Source of the DNA: Solirubrobacteraceae bacterium
GTDB lineage: Bacteria > Actinomycetota > Thermoleophilia > Solirubrobacterales > Solirubrobacteraceae
Direction: 5' to 3'
Length of the DNA stretch: 62,486 nt
NCBI GenBank assembly: GCA_050999585.1
Contig: JBPCPC010000191.1
Coordinates: 1-62,486 of the forward strand
Below, in pieces: positions 10,325 to 21,058 of this stretch. Under the pieces are notes generated by a model that worked only from the letters and a program-made list of their open reading frames with translations, made no database searches and was not told the origin of the DNA. Position 1 is the first letter of the stretch. Every line of letters begins with the position of its first letter. The position numbers were made by a program, and so were the translations under genes.

Positions 10325-11611
10325 CTAGTGGACCGTCTTGGTTGGCGTGATCGTCTTGTAGAACACCGGCTCGCCGGCGCTGTTGACCTTGTACAGGCCG
10401 TAGGACTTCAGCGTCGTGTCACCGTTGGCGTCGAAGCCGTAGTTGCCGAGCACCGAGGCGCGGCTCTTGGTCGCGAACAGGGCGCTGAGCACGGCCGTCT
10501 TGCTCGGGCCGGCCTTGGCGATCGTGTCGAGGCCGAGCTTCATCGCCTCGTAGCCGTAGATCGCATACGGGTCGGGTTGCGCGGTGCCGTACTTGGCCTT
10601 GTAGGCGGCGAGGAACGACTTGCCGCCGGGGTAGGCGGACAGGTTCTGGGTCGCCACCGTGCACTGCATCAACGGATACAGCGCCGCCGGCACGCCACCC
10701 TTCTTCTGCGACGTGTAGGAGTCGGTGCAGGCGCCGTCCGGAGAGAACAACTTTGCCTTGGGCAGCGCCGCATGGACGTCCTTGGTGATCTGCACCGCAC
10801 CGTTGGAGACGATTCCGGAGAAGAAGAAGCAGTCCGCTCCCTGTCCCTGGATCGTGCTCGCGTAGGAGCGGAAGTTCGGCGCCGTCGGATCGATCCCCGT
10901 GTCACTGGTGATCGTCACGCCGTAGTCGTTCTTCTCCAGTCCCAGCAACGTCCCCAGGCCCTGGCCGTAGGCCTCCTTGTCGTTGGCCACCGCGACCTTG
11001 GTGCAGCCGGCCTGCTTCATCGCGATCAGGTCGGCGGCCGCCTGGATCGAGTCGATCGGCACGATCCGTAGGTAATTTCGCTTGCCGGTCGGGTAGTACT
11101 TCTGCGGCTCGCCGGGCGCTGAGCCCGGGAGATTGGTGGTCAGTCCGACGTACGTGTTGGCAGGACTGACCATCGGGACGCCGGCCTGGTTGAGGATCGG
11201 GATCGAGATCTCGCTCGCTCCCGAGTTGAACTCACCGATGTAGTACGCCGCCTTCGGGTCGGCCGCCACCTTGCGGGCGTCGGCCGCCGTCTGACCGGGA
11301 TCCCACTTGCCGGCCGCGGCCGTCGAGTCATCCAGCGACGTGTAGTTGACGGTGTACTTGCCGGCCTTGCCGCCGGCCTGCGAGAGCGCGAGCTTGATCC
11401 CGTCCACCAACGGACCGGTCTGCGCGCTCGATGCCCCCTGCAGCGGCAGGCTGGAGTAGATGTCGACGGTCGAGCCTCCGCCGCTGCCGCCACTGCTGCC
11501 GCTGGAGGCGGCGCTGCTGCTCGAACTGGAACTCGAGCTGCTGCCGCAGGCGGTTACCGCCGCCAGCGTGCCCACGACCAGGCATACCCTAATCGCCTTG
11601 GCCAAACTCAT
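10325..11611 (-). CDS. Branched-chain amino acid ABC substrate-binding lipoprotein (LivJ/LivK family)
   Basis: Lipobox VTAC, Ser/Gly linker, YIGEFNSGAS, MVSPANT, YAIYGYEAM; GAGGAGG RBS upstream. Confidence 0.93.
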   Translation of the reverse strand: MSLAKAIRVCLVVGTLAAVTACGSSSSSSSSSSAASSGSSGGSGGGSTVDIYSSLPLQGASSAQTGPLVDGIKLALSQAGGKAGKYTVNYTSLDDSTAAAGKWDPGQTAADARKVAADPKAAYYIGEFNSGASEISIPILNQAGVPMVSPANTYVGLTTNLPGSAPGEPQKYYPTGKRNYLRIVPIDSIQAAADLIAMKQAGCTKVAVANDKEAYGQGLGTLLGLEKNDYGVTITSDTGIDPTAPNFRSYASTIQGQGADCFFFSGIVSNGAVQITKDVHAALPKAKLFSPDGACTDSYTSQKKGGVPAALYPLMQCTVATQNLSAYPGGKSFLAAYKAKYGTAQPDPYAIYGYEAMKLGLDTIAKAGPSKTAVLSALFATKSRASVLGNYGFDANGDTTLKSYGLYKVNSAGEPVFYKTITPTKTVH

Positions 11612-11824
11612 AGTCGTCCTCCTCTAGTGAAACCGGCGTCGGTTACCGGTGGCGGGAGAGTAGTGCGGGGCTCAGACCGCAGCAAGCACCGGCGCACTTT
11701 TCATCACCGAGAGCGGTCCGCTTAACCGAACGGAAACGTCGCTGAGCCGCCGCGCCCGGCGGGGTGTTGATGCAAGTGTCGAAACCAACGCCCGCCGGCT
11801 TCGCCGGGTGTCGCAACCCGACGT

Positions 11825-13087
11825 TCAGCCCGACAGCGCCTTGAAGAACACCAGCCGTCCGTCCTGGATCCGATACACCCCGTAGTGGTGCAGCGTGGTG
11901 TCACCATGATCGTCGATACTGTAGGTGCCGAGCACGCTGTGGCGGTTGCGCGTGTCGAAAATCGCGTCGGTGACCCGCGAGCGTACCGCTGGCCGGGCGC
12001 CGTGATCGGTCCCGCGCTCGATCGCGTCGAGCATCAGGCTCATCGCCTCATACCCGAAGATCGCGTCCGGCTCCCAGGCGCCGAAGCGGCGCGCGTAGGC
12101 GGCCTCAAAGCGACGTCCGAGCGGCGGGTACGCCTGGTCGTCGAGCGTCGGCACGGTGAGCAGCATGCGCGCGCCCACCGCCGGGCGGATGCCGCCGGAG
12201 ATCGGATCCACGAACCCGGCCTCGGCCAGTCCCGCGGTCGCGAACAGCTTGACCGCCGGCAGCGCCCGCGCGATCTGGTCGGTGAGCGCCACGGCGTTGT
12301 CCTGCGCCAGAGCGCTGATCAGTACGCAGTCGGCATGGCTCTGCGCGATGGTCTGGGCCAGTGCCGTGTAGTCGGTCACACGCGGGTCGTACTGGTCGTT
12401 GCCGGCCACCACGAGGTGGGCCGCCTTGGCCGCGGCCTGGAAACTCATCGCCGCATCGGAGCCGTCCACCTCACCGTCATCGAGCACATAGGTGCTCCGG
12501 CACCCCGCCTCGCTCTGGAGCGTCACCTGGACGGCCGCCTGCACGGAGTCATTGGGGATCACCCGGGCGAACGTCCGCAGTCCCGTCGGGTAGTACTTCT
12601 GCGGCTCACCGGGCGAGGCCTCAGGCCCGCCCTCGGTCAGCCCGACGGCGCTGCTCGTGGGGCTGATCTGAGGCACGCCGGCGCGGCTCAGCAGCGGAAT
12701 CGAGACGGCGGTGGCACCCGAGTTGAGGTCGCCGAGATAGCCGATCGTGGTCGGGTCGACAATCGCCAGGTGAGCGTTGGCGGTCGTCTGGCCGGGATCC
12801 CAGCCTCGGCTCGCCGTGGTGGCATCGTCGAGCGTGCGCAGGACGATCCGATCGCGCCCGATGCGCCCCCCAATCGCCGCCAGCGCCATGCGCGCCCCGC
12901 CCAGCACCGCCTCACCGCCGGGCGCCGACGGTCCGATGTAAGGGAGGCTGACGTAGATCGAGAGCCGCCGCCCGTGGACGCGGTTGCCGGGCGGCGCCTT
13001 GTCCGCGCTGCCGCACCCGGCCACCAGCAGGACACTCGCCAGCAGCCCGCCGAGAACCGTCAGCCGAGCCCGAGCGCGACCGATCAA
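11825..13087 (-). CDS. LivJ-family substrate-binding lipoprotein paralog
   Basis: Lipobox VAGC, YLGDLNSGAT, PGEPQKYYPTG, AIFGYEAM. Confidence 0.9.
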   Translation of the reverse strand: MIGRARARLTVLGGLLASVLLVAGCGSADKAPPGNRVHGRRLSIYVSLPYIGPSAPGGEAVLGGARMALAAIGGRIGRDRIVLRTLDDATTASRGWDPGQTTANAHLAIVDPTTIGYLGDLNSGATAVSIPLLSRAGVPQISPTSSAVGLTEGGPEASPGEPQKYYPTGLRTFARVIPNDSVQAAVQVTLQSEAGCRSTYVLDDGEVDGSDAAMSFQAAAKAAHLVVAGNDQYDPRVTDYTALAQTIAQSHADCVLISALAQDNAVALTDQIARALPAVKLFATAGLAEAGFVDPISGGIRPAVGARMLLTVPTLDDQAYPPLGRRFEAAYARRFGAWEPDAIFGYEAMSLMLDAIERGTDHGARPAVRSRVTDAIFDTRNRHSVLGTYSIDDHGDTTLHHYGVYRIQDGRLVFFKALSG

Positions 13088-14250
13088 GGCTGTGAGCCGG
13101 GAACCAGCCTTCCGCCCGCGGGGTGCGCGATGACGAACGGCGCGATGCTGGTGTCCCCGGCGTTGATCGCATAGGTGCCCAGCACCGAATTGGCGTCACT
13201 GTGCAGGGTCCGGAAGCGCGCCACCGCCAGCGCGCGGCTGTTGGCGTTGATCCCCTCCCCGGCCAGCACCGCCAGCAACGATCTCATCGCCTCATAGCCG
13301 AAGATCGCCTGTGGCTGCGGCGCGTGGCCGTACGCGGTGCGAAATGCGGACACGAACTGCTTGCCCGCCGGCGTAAGCGTCGCGTTGGTGAAGCCGGGGG
13401 ACGTGACGTAGAGATGGGATTGGGCGGCGGCGCTCAGGCGGGCCACGAACGAGTCGTCGTAGAGCGCCGACGGTGCGAACAGGTCAGCGCCGGGACGTGC
13501 GCTCGCCGCCTGATTGAGCGCCGATATCGCCCGTGAGCCCGGGAGTCCGCCGTAGAACACCGCGTCGGCATCGGTGACACCTGAGGCCAGCGTCAGTCCC
13601 TTGGCCTGTGCCGCCTGGCGAACCTCGAGCGCAATCGAGGCGCCGTAGGCGCTGCCATCATCGGCGATGTAGAGCTTGGTCAAATGGCGTGACTGCATCG
13701 CGGCGACCAGTGCCCCGGCCTCCTGAGCCGTGGTCGGCGCCAGACGCGCAAACGTCTGGTGGAAGGTTCCGCTGGCCGGGAAGTAGTTGCCCGGCGCACC
13801 GCTGACCGCCGCGGTGGCGTGACTCAGGTAGATCGCGGTGTCGGTCGGACTGACCTCCAGCAGGCCGACCTGATTGGTGATCTGCACCGAGACCCCCGAG
13901 GTCCCGGGGCCGATCTCTCCCAGGTAGGCGATCGCCTTCTTGTCCTGCACCGCCGCGCGGGCGTTGGCCGAGATCTCGTGGCCGTGCCGCGAGATCAGCT
14001 TGACCTGATAGCGGCCTGCCTTACCGCCGGACTGCTTGGAGGCGAGCTGCTCGGCGTCGACGACGTCGCCCGCGACTGACCCGACCGGGCCCGCCGGCTG
14101 CGACGCGTAGACGTCCAGCGTCGAGCCGACGACGGTCACCGCCGAGCTGGTGGGCGTCGTCGACGAGCATCCGGAGAGGACCGCCGCGAGCAGGGCGACG
14201 CACGCGCCCAGCGACGCCCCACGGGTCCGTAGCAGCCCGACGCCGCGCAC
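13084..14250 (-). CDS. Divergent LivJ-family substrate-binding lipoprotein paralog
   Basis: Lipobox LSGC, AIAYLGEI, VSPTDT, QAIFGYEAM. Confidence 0.85.
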   Translation of the reverse strand: MRGVGLLRTRGASLGACVALLAAVLSGCSSTTPTSSAVTVVGSTLDVYASQPAGPVGSVAGDVVDAEQLASKQSGGKAGRYQVKLISRHGHEISANARAAVQDKKAIAYLGEIGPGTSGVSVQITNQVGLLEVSPTDTAIYLSHATAAVSGAPGNYFPASGTFHQTFARLAPTTAQEAGALVAAMQSRHLTKLYIADDGSAYGASIALEVRQAAQAKGLTLASGVTDADAVFYGGLPGSRAISALNQAASARPGADLFAPSALYDDSFVARLSAAAQSHLYVTSPGFTNATLTPAGKQFVSAFRTAYGHAPQPQAIFGYEAMRSLLAVLAGEGINANSRALAVARFRTLHSDANSVLGTYAINAGDTSIAPFVIAHPAGGRLVPGSQP

Positions 14251-14262
14251 GGGTACGAATGT

Positions 14263-14424
14263 CTAGTCCCGCCGGCCGGGCAGGAACGGCAGCAGGTTGC
14301 GGACGCCGATCGCGATCAGCACCATCAGGATGGCGAGCCCGATCGCATCCAGTCCGCTCACGTTGAGCGACCACATGACGATCCAGGCGCACAGGCCAGC
14401 AGTGGCGGTGAGGACGAGACCCAT
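14263..14424 (-). CDS. 53-aa membrane protein absent from the ORF track
   Basis: Own translation MGLVLTATAGLCAWIVMWSLNVSGLDAIGLAILMVLIAIGVRNLLPFLPGRRD*; fills the trpA-SBP gap with GC3-rich codons. Confidence 0.75.
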   Translation of the reverse strand: MGLVLTATAGLCAWIVMWSLNVSGLDAIGLAILMVLIAIGVRNLLPFLPGRRD

Positions 14425-14436
14425 CGGTTTGAGATC

Positions 14437-15252
14437 CTAGACCAAGGGCTCTGAGAGCGCCGCCGAGAAGCCGCGGATGAGCTCCGCCACGGCCTCCGCC
14501 GGGTTCTCGGCCTCCCCGGCAGCGCGGACCAGCCGGCTGCCGACGATCACGCCGTCGGCCCCGGCGGCGGCCGCGGCGGCCGCCTGCTCAGGGGTGCCGA
14601 TCCCGAACCCGAGCGCCACCGGCACTTTGGTGTGCGCGGCGGCGCGGGCGATCATCGCCTGCGGGGTCGCCTCTGCGTCGGTGCGCTCGCCCGTCGTGCC
14701 GGTCACCGAGACCGCGTACAGAAAGCCGCTGGCGCCGCCGCCGATCTGTGCCATCCGGTCGGCGGGCGTGGTCGGCGCGACCAGCGGGACGAACGCCAGC
14801 CGGCGCTGGCCGCAGCCGGCCCGCGCGTCAGCCGCCTCCTCGAGCGGGAGGTCGGGGACGATCAGGCCGCTGACGCCGGCGGCCACCAGCTCATCAAGGA
14901 AGCGCTCGAGCCCGCGAGCGAGGATCGGGTTCGAGTAGCACATGACGATCACCGGGACGTGCTCGGCGATCGCGGAGCAGACCTCGAGCAGCGCGGGCAG
15001 CGTGGCGCCGGCGTTCAGCGCCACGGTGGCGGCGGCGTGGATCACCGTCCCGTCGGCCAGCGGGTCCGAGAACGGGATCCCGAGCTCCACCAGATCCGCC
15101 CCGGCCTCGGCATAGGCCAGGCCGATCGCGCGCGAGGCCTCGAGGTCGGGATAGCCGCCCATCAGGTACGGCATCAGCGCGGCCCGGCGCCCGTCGGCGC
15201 GCGCGCGGGCGAACGCCTCGGCGATCCGTTCGGTGCCCTCGCCGGAGATCAC
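14437..15252 (-). CDS. trpA: Tryptophan synthase alpha chain
   Basis: [33 protein letters not shown]. Confidence 0.97.
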   Translation of the reverse strand: MISGEGTERIAEAFARARADGRRAALMPYLMGGYPDLEASRAIGLAYAEAGADLVELGIPFSDPLADGTVIHAAATVALNAGATLPALLEVCSAIAEHVPVIVMCYSNPILARGLERFLDELVAAGVSGLIVPDLPLEEAADARAGCGQRRLAFVPLVAPTTPADRMAQIGGGASGFLYAVSVTGTTGERTDAEATPQAMIARAAAHTKVPVALGFGIGTPEQAAAAAAAGADGVIVGSRLVRAAGEAENPAEAVAELIRGFSAALSEPLV

Positions 15253-16436
15253 TGGGGGGCCGGGTTCTGGATCACGGCCAGCGCCTCCGCCAGGTCCTTA
15301 TCGCCACGGCCCGACATGCAGATGAGATCGAGTTCGGAGTCGGGATCGGTCATCGCCCAGGCGAGCGCGTGGGAGCTCTCCAGCGCCGGAATGATCCCCT
15401 CCAGGCGGGCCGTTCGAGCAAACGCCTCGAGCGCCTGCGCGTCGGTGATGCCCACGTAGCGGGCGCGACCCTGGTCGCGCAGCCAGGCATGCTCGGGGCC
15501 GCTGCCGGGATAGTCCAGGCCGGCGGAGATCGAGTGAGCCTCCAGGATCTGACCATCCTCGTCCTGCATCACCGCCGAATACGCGCCGTGCAGGACGCCG
15601 CCGCGCCCGCCCGGTCCCGCGACGGTCAGGGGCGCCCCGTGGCGCCCGGAGTCCAGCCCCTCCCCCGCCGCCTCGACCCCGATCAGCCGCACGTCGGCAT
15701 CGTCCACGAACGGGATGAACATGCCGATCGAGTTCGACCCACCGCCGACGCAGGCGATCACCCGATCGGGCAGCCGGCCGGCCTGCGCCAGGATCTGCGC
15801 CCGGGCCTCCTCGCAAATCACCCGCTGCAGGTCGCGCACGAGCGCCGGATACGGAGCCGGGCCGACGCACGAGCCGATGATGTAGTGCGTCGTCTCGACG
15901 TTGGCGACCCAGTCGCGAATCGCGGCCGAGACCGCCTCCTTGAGCGTGCGCGCGCCCGCCTGCACCGGCTCCACGCGTGCGCCCAGCAACCCCATCCGGT
16001 CGACGTTGGGCTGCTGGCGGCGCATGTCCTCGGTCCCCATGTAGACGATGCACTCCAAGTCGAGCAGCGCGCAGGCGGTGGCCGCGGCCACGCCGTGCTG
16101 CCCGGCCCCGGTCTCGGCGATGACCCGCCGCTTGCCCATCCGCCGCGCCAGCAGCGCCTGACCAAGCGCGTTGTTGATCTTGTGCGCCCCGGTGTGGTTG
16201 AGGTCCTCGCGCTTGAGGTAGATCGAGTGGCCGGCGGCCTCGCTCAGGCGCGCGGCCTCGTACAGCGGCGTCGGACGGCCGACGTAGTGGTGCAGGAGCG
16301 CATCGAGCTCTGAGTGAAACGCCGGGTCCTCGCGGGCCGCAATCCAGGCCAGCTCCAGCTCGGCCAGCGCGGGCATCAGCGTCTCAGGCACGTACTGGCC
16401 CCCGTAGGGACCGAAGCGGTGCTCAACGACGCTCAT
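15249..16436 (-). CDS. trpB: Tryptophan synthase beta chain
   Basis: [41 protein letters not shown]. Confidence 0.98.
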   Translation of the reverse strand: MSVVEHRFGPYGGQYVPETLMPALAELELAWIAAREDPAFHSELDALLHHYVGRPTPLYEAARLSEAAGHSIYLKREDLNHTGAHKINNALGQALLARRMGKRRVIAETGAGQHGVAAATACALLDLECIVYMGTEDMRRQQPNVDRMGLLGARVEPVQAGARTLKEAVSAAIRDWVANVETTHYIIGSCVGPAPYPALVRDLQRVICEEARAQILAQAGRLPDRVIACVGGGSNSIGMFIPFVDDADVRLIGVEAAGEGLDSGRHGAPLTVAGPGGRGGVLHGAYSAVMQDEDGQILEAHSISAGLDYPGSGPEHAWLRDQGRARYVGITDAQALEAFARTARLEGIIPALESSHALAWAMTDPDSELDLICMSGRGDKDLAEALAVIQNPAPQ

Positions 16437-17092
16437 GCCACCTCGACGGCCGCGGTCGACGCCACCGCGTCGGCGAACGCCTGCAGCTTGCCGTGATCCT
16501 TGCGGGGCGGGTGGGCCGGATCCTCGACGCCGCTGGCGACGTCCACAGCGAACGGGCGCGCGATCTGAATCGCCTCGGCCACGTTACCGGGGGTCAGGCC
16601 GCCGGCGAGGATCGCCGGCAGCTTGTGTCCGTGAGTCCGGGCCAGCTCCCAGGCGAACGTCTCACCGCTGCCGCCGCGAGCGTCCTTGACATAGCTGTCG
16701 AGCAGATGGAAGTCGGTGTGAAACGGACCGAGCGCCTGGATGTCGGCACGGCTGCGCACCCGCGCAGCCTTGATCACCCGGCAGCCGGTGCGCCGAGCGG
16801 CCTCGGCGCAGAACGACGGGCCCTCCTCGCCGTGCAGCTGCAGCATCGTCAAGCCGATCTCGTCGGCGGCCCGGGCCACCTGCTCGAGCGTCGGGTTGAC
16901 GAACACGCCGACCAGTTCGACGCGACGGCGATGCGCAGCGGCGATCTCAGCCGCGATCCCCACCCGGCAGTGCCGAGGCGATCCCGGCCACAGGATCATG
17001 CCCAGCGCCCAGGCGCCGGCGGCGACCGCGGCGTCCGCATCGGCGGGCTGGGTGATCCCACAGAACTTGATCTTGGGGGCGATCGTGTCCAC
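16433..17092 (-). CDS. trpF: Phosphoribosylanthranilate isomerase
   Basis: [39 protein letters not shown]. Confidence 0.96.
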   Translation of the reverse strand: MDTIAPKIKFCGITQPADADAAVAAGAWALGMILWPGSPRHCRVGIAAEIAAAHRRRVELVGVFVNPTLEQVARAADEIGLTMLQLHGEEGPSFCAEAARRTGCRVIKAARVRSRADIQALGPFHTDFHLLDSYVKDARGGSGETFAWELARTHGHKLPAILAGGLTPGNVAEAIQIARPFAVDVASGVEDPAHPPRKDHGKLQAFADAVASTAAVEVA

Positions 17093-17140
17093 CCCCCCAT
17101 CGTAGGCGGACTCCGGCCTGGCTTGAGCTGGGCCCCGACA

Positions 17141-17938
17141 CTAAACGACGACTCCGGTCAGCTCGCGGCAGGCGCGCTCGACGTCGGGAGAGCGCATCAG
17201 CGCCTCACCCACCAGCGCGGCGTCGACCCCGGCCTGCGCGACCTGCTCCAGATCGGCCCGCGTGCGCAGACCGGACTCCGAGACCACGGTGACCCCGGCG
17301 GGGACGTCGGCGAGCAGCTCCAGCGTGCGCGAGGTGTCGACCTGGAGCGTGGCCAGATCGCGGTTGTTGATCCCGATCACGGCGGCCCCGATCCCGGCGG
17401 CGATCTCCAGCTCGGCCCGGTCGTGGACCTCGACGAGCACACCGAGGCCGAGAGCGAGCGCCTGCGCCTGCAACCGGCCCAGCCGTTGGGCATCCAGCGC
17501 GGCCACGATCAGCAGGATCGCGTCGGCGCCGGCCGCCATCGATTCGACCACCTGGTACGGGTCGACGACGAAGTCCTTGCGCAGGATCGGCAGTTTCACG
17601 ATCGCGCGCGTGCGGCGCAGGTCATCCAACGTGCCGCCGAAGCCGACCTGCTCGGTGAGCACCGACAGCGCGGCTGCGCCCCCGCGTTCGTAGGCGGTGA
17701 CCACGTCCTCGAGCCTCAGGTCCTCGCGGATCGTGCCCGCCGACGGCGAGCGCCGCTTGTGCTCGGCGATCACCGAAACGCGTCCGCCGACGCGCGCCAG
17801 CGCCGCGGCGAACGGGCGCGGCGGGTCAGACGCGGCCCGCTCCTGCGCCGCGGACTGCAGCTCGCTCAGCGGCACCGCGGCGCGCCGGCCCTCCACATCC
17901 CCGCGGGTGCGCGCGACGATCCGCTCCAGCTCGTTCAC
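17141..17938 (-). CDS. trpC: Indole-3-glycerol phosphate synthase
   Basis: IAEHKRRSPSAG, LSVLTE, LRKDF, GINNRDL, VSESG. Confidence 0.97.
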   Translation of the reverse strand: MNELERIVARTRGDVEGRRAAVPLSELQSAAQERAASDPPRPFAAALARVGGRVSVIAEHKRRSPSAGTIREDLRLEDVVTAYERGGAAALSVLTEQVGFGGTLDDLRRTRAIVKLPILRKDFVVDPYQVVESMAAGADAILLIVAALDAQRLGRLQAQALALGLGVLVEVHDRAELEIAAGIGAAVIGINNRDLATLQVDTSRTLELLADVPAGVTVVSESGLRTRADLEQVAQAGVDAALVGEALMRSPDVERACRELTGVVV

Positions 17939-18996
17939 CCCGCCACCGTCGCCGGGTCGGCGAGCCGGTGGGTGGCGTCGACAAAGCGTTCCAGTGCGTT
18001 CGCGGCGGCGCCGGAGTCGACCGCCGCGCGAGCGGCCCCGACCCCGTCGGCGAGCGTCGACGCGCCGCCGCCGGCGTAGATCGCGGCGCCACCATTGAGC
18101 ACCGCCACGCCCAGGGCGGGGTGCGCGGAGCCGTATTCGCCGGCGAAGATCGCCCGGGTGATCTCGGCGTTGAGCGCCGGGGCGCCGCCCGGAATCGCGT
18201 CCTCGGGCGCTGTGGCTAGTCCGAGGTCCTCGGGCGACACCCGGTATTCCGAGATTCCGTCGGCGGTCACCTCGACCACCTGGGTCGGCGCGCAGATGCT
18301 GAGCTCGTCGAGCCCGTCGAGGCTGGAGACCAGCAGCGCGTGCTCGGTGCCCAGCAGCGCGAGCGCGCCGGCCATCGTCGGCAGGTAGGCGGCATCTGAG
18401 ACCCCGATCAGCTGGCGCATCGCGCCCGCCGGATTGGTCAGCGGTCCGAGGAAGTTGAAGATCGTGCGCACCGCCAGCTTGGCGCGGACGGAGACCACGT
18501 ACCGCGTCGCCTGATGATGGGCGGGGGCGAACATGAAGCCGAACCCGACGTCCTCGATGCAGCGCGCCACGGCGGCCGGGGTCAGATCGATCCGCGCCCC
18601 CAGCGCCTCGAGCACGTCGGCGGAGCCCGACAGTCCCGTGGCCGAGCGGTTGCCGTGCTTGGCCACGACGCAGCCGGCGCCGGCGGCGATCAGCGCCGCC
18701 GTCGTGGAGACATTGAACGTCCGCCGCCCGCCACCGGTACCGGCGGTGTCCAGCAGGCCGTCGCGATTGACCGGCACCGAAGTGGCCAGCGCGCGCATCG
18801 TGCGGGCCAGGCCGGCGAGCTCCTCGACGGTCTCGCCCTTGGTGCGCAGCGCGATCAGGAACCCGGCGATCTGGACCTCGGAGGCGTTGCCGGCCATGAT
18901 TTGCGCCAGGACCGCCGAGGTCTGGTCCGCGCTCAGGTCCCGCCCGGAGGCGAGCGCGTCGATCGCGCGGGGCAGCAGGTCGGCGTCGGCGCTCAT
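17935..18996 (-). CDS. trpD: Anthranilate phosphoribosyltransferase (start trimmed to the ATG overlapping the trpG stop)
   Basis: DTAGTGG, FNVST, AKHGNRS, RTIFNFLGPLTNP; ATGA overlap at 18993-18996. Confidence 0.96.
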   Translation of the reverse strand: MSADADLLPRAIDALASGRDLSADQTSAVLAQIMAGNASEVQIAGFLIALRTKGETVEELAGLARTMRALATSVPVNRDGLLDTAGTGGGRRTFNVSTTAALIAAGAGCVVAKHGNRSATGLSGSADVLEALGARIDLTPAAVARCIEDVGFGFMFAPAHHQATRYVVSVRAKLAVRTIFNFLGPLTNPAGAMRQLIGVSDAAYLPTMAGALALLGTEHALLVSSLDGLDELSICAPTQVVEVTADGISEYRVSPEDLGLATAPEDAIPGGAPALNAEITRAIFAGEYGSAHPALGVAVLNGGAAIYAGGGASTLADGVGAARAAVDSGAAANALERFVDATHRLADPATVAG

Positions 18997-19556
18997 GCGG
19001 GGGTGAGGAAATTGGCCAGCAGCTCGCGGCCCTGCTCGGTGAGCACCGACTCGGGGTGAAACTGCACGCCCTCGGCCGGCAGCTCGCGGTGGCGGACGGC
19101 CATCACGATGCCGTCGGCGGCGGCGCTGCGCTCCAGCACCGCCGGGAGCTCGGGCGCCGCGATCAGCGAGTGGTAGCGGCCGACCTGCAGCGACGAGCTC
19201 AGCCCCCGGAAGATCGTCCGGCCGTCGTGCTCGATCCGCGTCGTCTTGCCGTGCACGGGCTGGTGGGTGATCACCCGGCCGCCCCACGCCTGCACGAGCG
19301 CCTGATGGCCGAGGCACACGCCAAGCGTGGGGATGCGCGCCTCGGGGAACCGTCGCACGGCCTCCAGCGAGATCCCGGCGTCGTCGGGGGTGCACGGCCC
19401 GGGCGACACGATCACCCGGTCATAGCCGCGGATCAGCAGCTCCGACACGGTCGCGCGGTCGTTGCGCACAACCTCGAGCTCGCCGCCGAGCTCGCCCACG
19501 TACTGAACAAGGTTGTAGGTGAAGCTGTCGTAGTTGTCGATCACCAGGACGCGCAC
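18993..19556 (-). CDS. trpG: Anthranilate synthase component II
   Basis: IDNYDSFTYNL, SPGPCTP, GVCLGHQ, RYHSL, QFHPES. Confidence 0.96.
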   Translation of the reverse strand: MRVLVIDNYDSFTYNLVQYVGELGGELEVVRNDRATVSELLIRGYDRVIVSPGPCTPDDAGISLEAVRRFPEARIPTLGVCLGHQALVQAWGGRVITHQPVHGKTTRIEHDGRTIFRGLSSSLQVGRYHSLIAAPELPAVLERSAAADGIVMAVRHRELPAEGVQFHPESVLTEQGRELLANFLTPA

Positions 19557-19558
19557 GG

Positions 19559-21058
19559 CTATGGCCAGTCGGGTTGGGCGACGGCCAGCTCGATCGCCTG
19601 CAGGACGGCCTGGGACTTGGCCACCGACTCGCGGTATTCGTAGTCGGGCTTGGCATCGGCGACGGTCCCCCCGCCCGCCTGGATGTGAGCGACGCCGTCC
19701 TTGACCACGACCGTGCGAATGTGGATGCAGGTGTCCAGCTCGCCGGTGTAGCTGACCCAGCCGATCGCGCCGCCATAGCCGCCGCGCTTGACCGGCTCCA
19801 GCTCGTCGATGATCTGCATCGCGCGGACCTTGGGCGCGCCCGAGAGCGTCCCCGCCGGCAGTACCGAGCGCAGCGCGTCCAGCGGCCCCACTCCGGGGCG
19901 CAGCCGGCCGATCACGCTGGAGACGATGTGCATCACGTGGCTGTAGTTCTCCACAGCCATGAAGCTCTCCACCTCGCCCGAGCCGTACTCGCAGACACGG
20001 CCGAGATCGTTGCGACCGAGGTCGCCGAGCATCACGTGCTCGGCCCGCTCCTTCTCGTCGGCCAGCAGTTCCTGGGCCATCCGCTGATCCTCCTCGATCG
20101 TCGCTCCGCGCGGCCGCGTGCCGGCGATCGGCCGGGTGGCGACGCGGCGGCCGCCGACGGTGATCAGCGGCTCGGGGCTGGCGCCGGCGATCTCGAAGTC
20201 CCCGAAGTCAAGGAAGTACATGTACGGGCTGGGGTTCACGGCGCGCAGACCGCGGTAGATCGAAAACGCCTGCACGGGGACCGGCGCCGACCAGCGTTGC
20301 GAGGGCACCACCTGGAAGACGTCGCCCGCGTAGATGTACTCGATGATCCGGCTGACCATCGCCTCGAACTGCTCCCGCGGCATGTTGGACCGAAAGCTGG
20401 GCGCTGCCCTGCCGGGGTCGGGTTGAACCGAACCCCGTCCACCCTGCGGGATCGGACCCTCCAGGCGCCAGCGGATATCGGAGATCTGCCGTGCGGCGCG
20501 GGCGTAGGCGGCCTCGAGATCGTCCTGCACGTAGACGTTGGACAGCACCGTGACGGTGTGCTTGAGGTGGTCAAAGACAACCAGCGCGTCGGTGAACATC
20601 AGGGCCAGGTCGGGCAGGCCGAGCGGATCGGGGTTCGGCGGCCCCAGAGGCTCGACCGAGCGCACCAGGTCATAGGCGAAGAAGCCGACGGCACCCCCGG
20701 CGAATGGGAGCGACAGGCCCGGCACGTCGGGCGGCGCCCGTAGTCGGTTCAGCTCGGTCTGCGCCAGCGCGTACGGATCGCCCGGATCGCCCAGCGACCA
20801 GCGCACCACCTTGCGCGGCCGGACGCCGATGAAGGAATAGCGACCGACGCGCCCCTGATCGGCGGACTCCAGCAGGAACGCCGGGTCGGTGGGGTGTGCG
20901 TCGCGGAGCTTGAGGAACGCCGAGACCGGCGTCTGGGTGTCGTCGAGGTAGGTCTGGTGCAGCGGGATCACGTCATGGTCGCGGGCGAGCTCGCGCACCG
21001 TCTCCAGCGACGGAAACGGCCCGGCCCGGCCGAGCCTGGACTCAGCGGCGACGGCCAT
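19559..21058 (-). CDS. trpE: Anthranilate synthase component I
   Basis: [35 protein letters not shown]. Confidence 0.96.
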   Translation of the reverse strand: MAVAAESRLGRAGPFPSLETVRELARDHDVIPLHQTYLDDTQTPVSAFLKLRDAHPTDPAFLLESADQGRVGRYSFIGVRPRKVVRWSLGDPGDPYALAQTELNRLRAPPDVPGLSLPFAGGAVGFFAYDLVRSVEPLGPPNPDPLGLPDLALMFTDALVVFDHLKHTVTVLSNVYVQDDLEAAYARAARQISDIRWRLEGPIPQGGRGSVQPDPGRAAPSFRSNMPREQFEAMVSRIIEYIYAGDVFQVVPSQRWSAPVPVQAFSIYRGLRAVNPSPYMYFLDFGDFEIAGASPEPLITVGGRRVATRPIAGTRPRGATIEEDQRMAQELLADEKERAEHVMLGDLGRNDLGRVCEYGSGEVESFMAVENYSHVMHIVSSVIGRLRPGVGPLDALRSVLPAGTLSGAPKVRAMQIIDELEPVKRGGYGGAIGWVSYTGELDTCIHIRTVVVKDGVAHIQAGGGTVADAKPDYEYRESVAKSQAVLQAIELAVAQPDWP

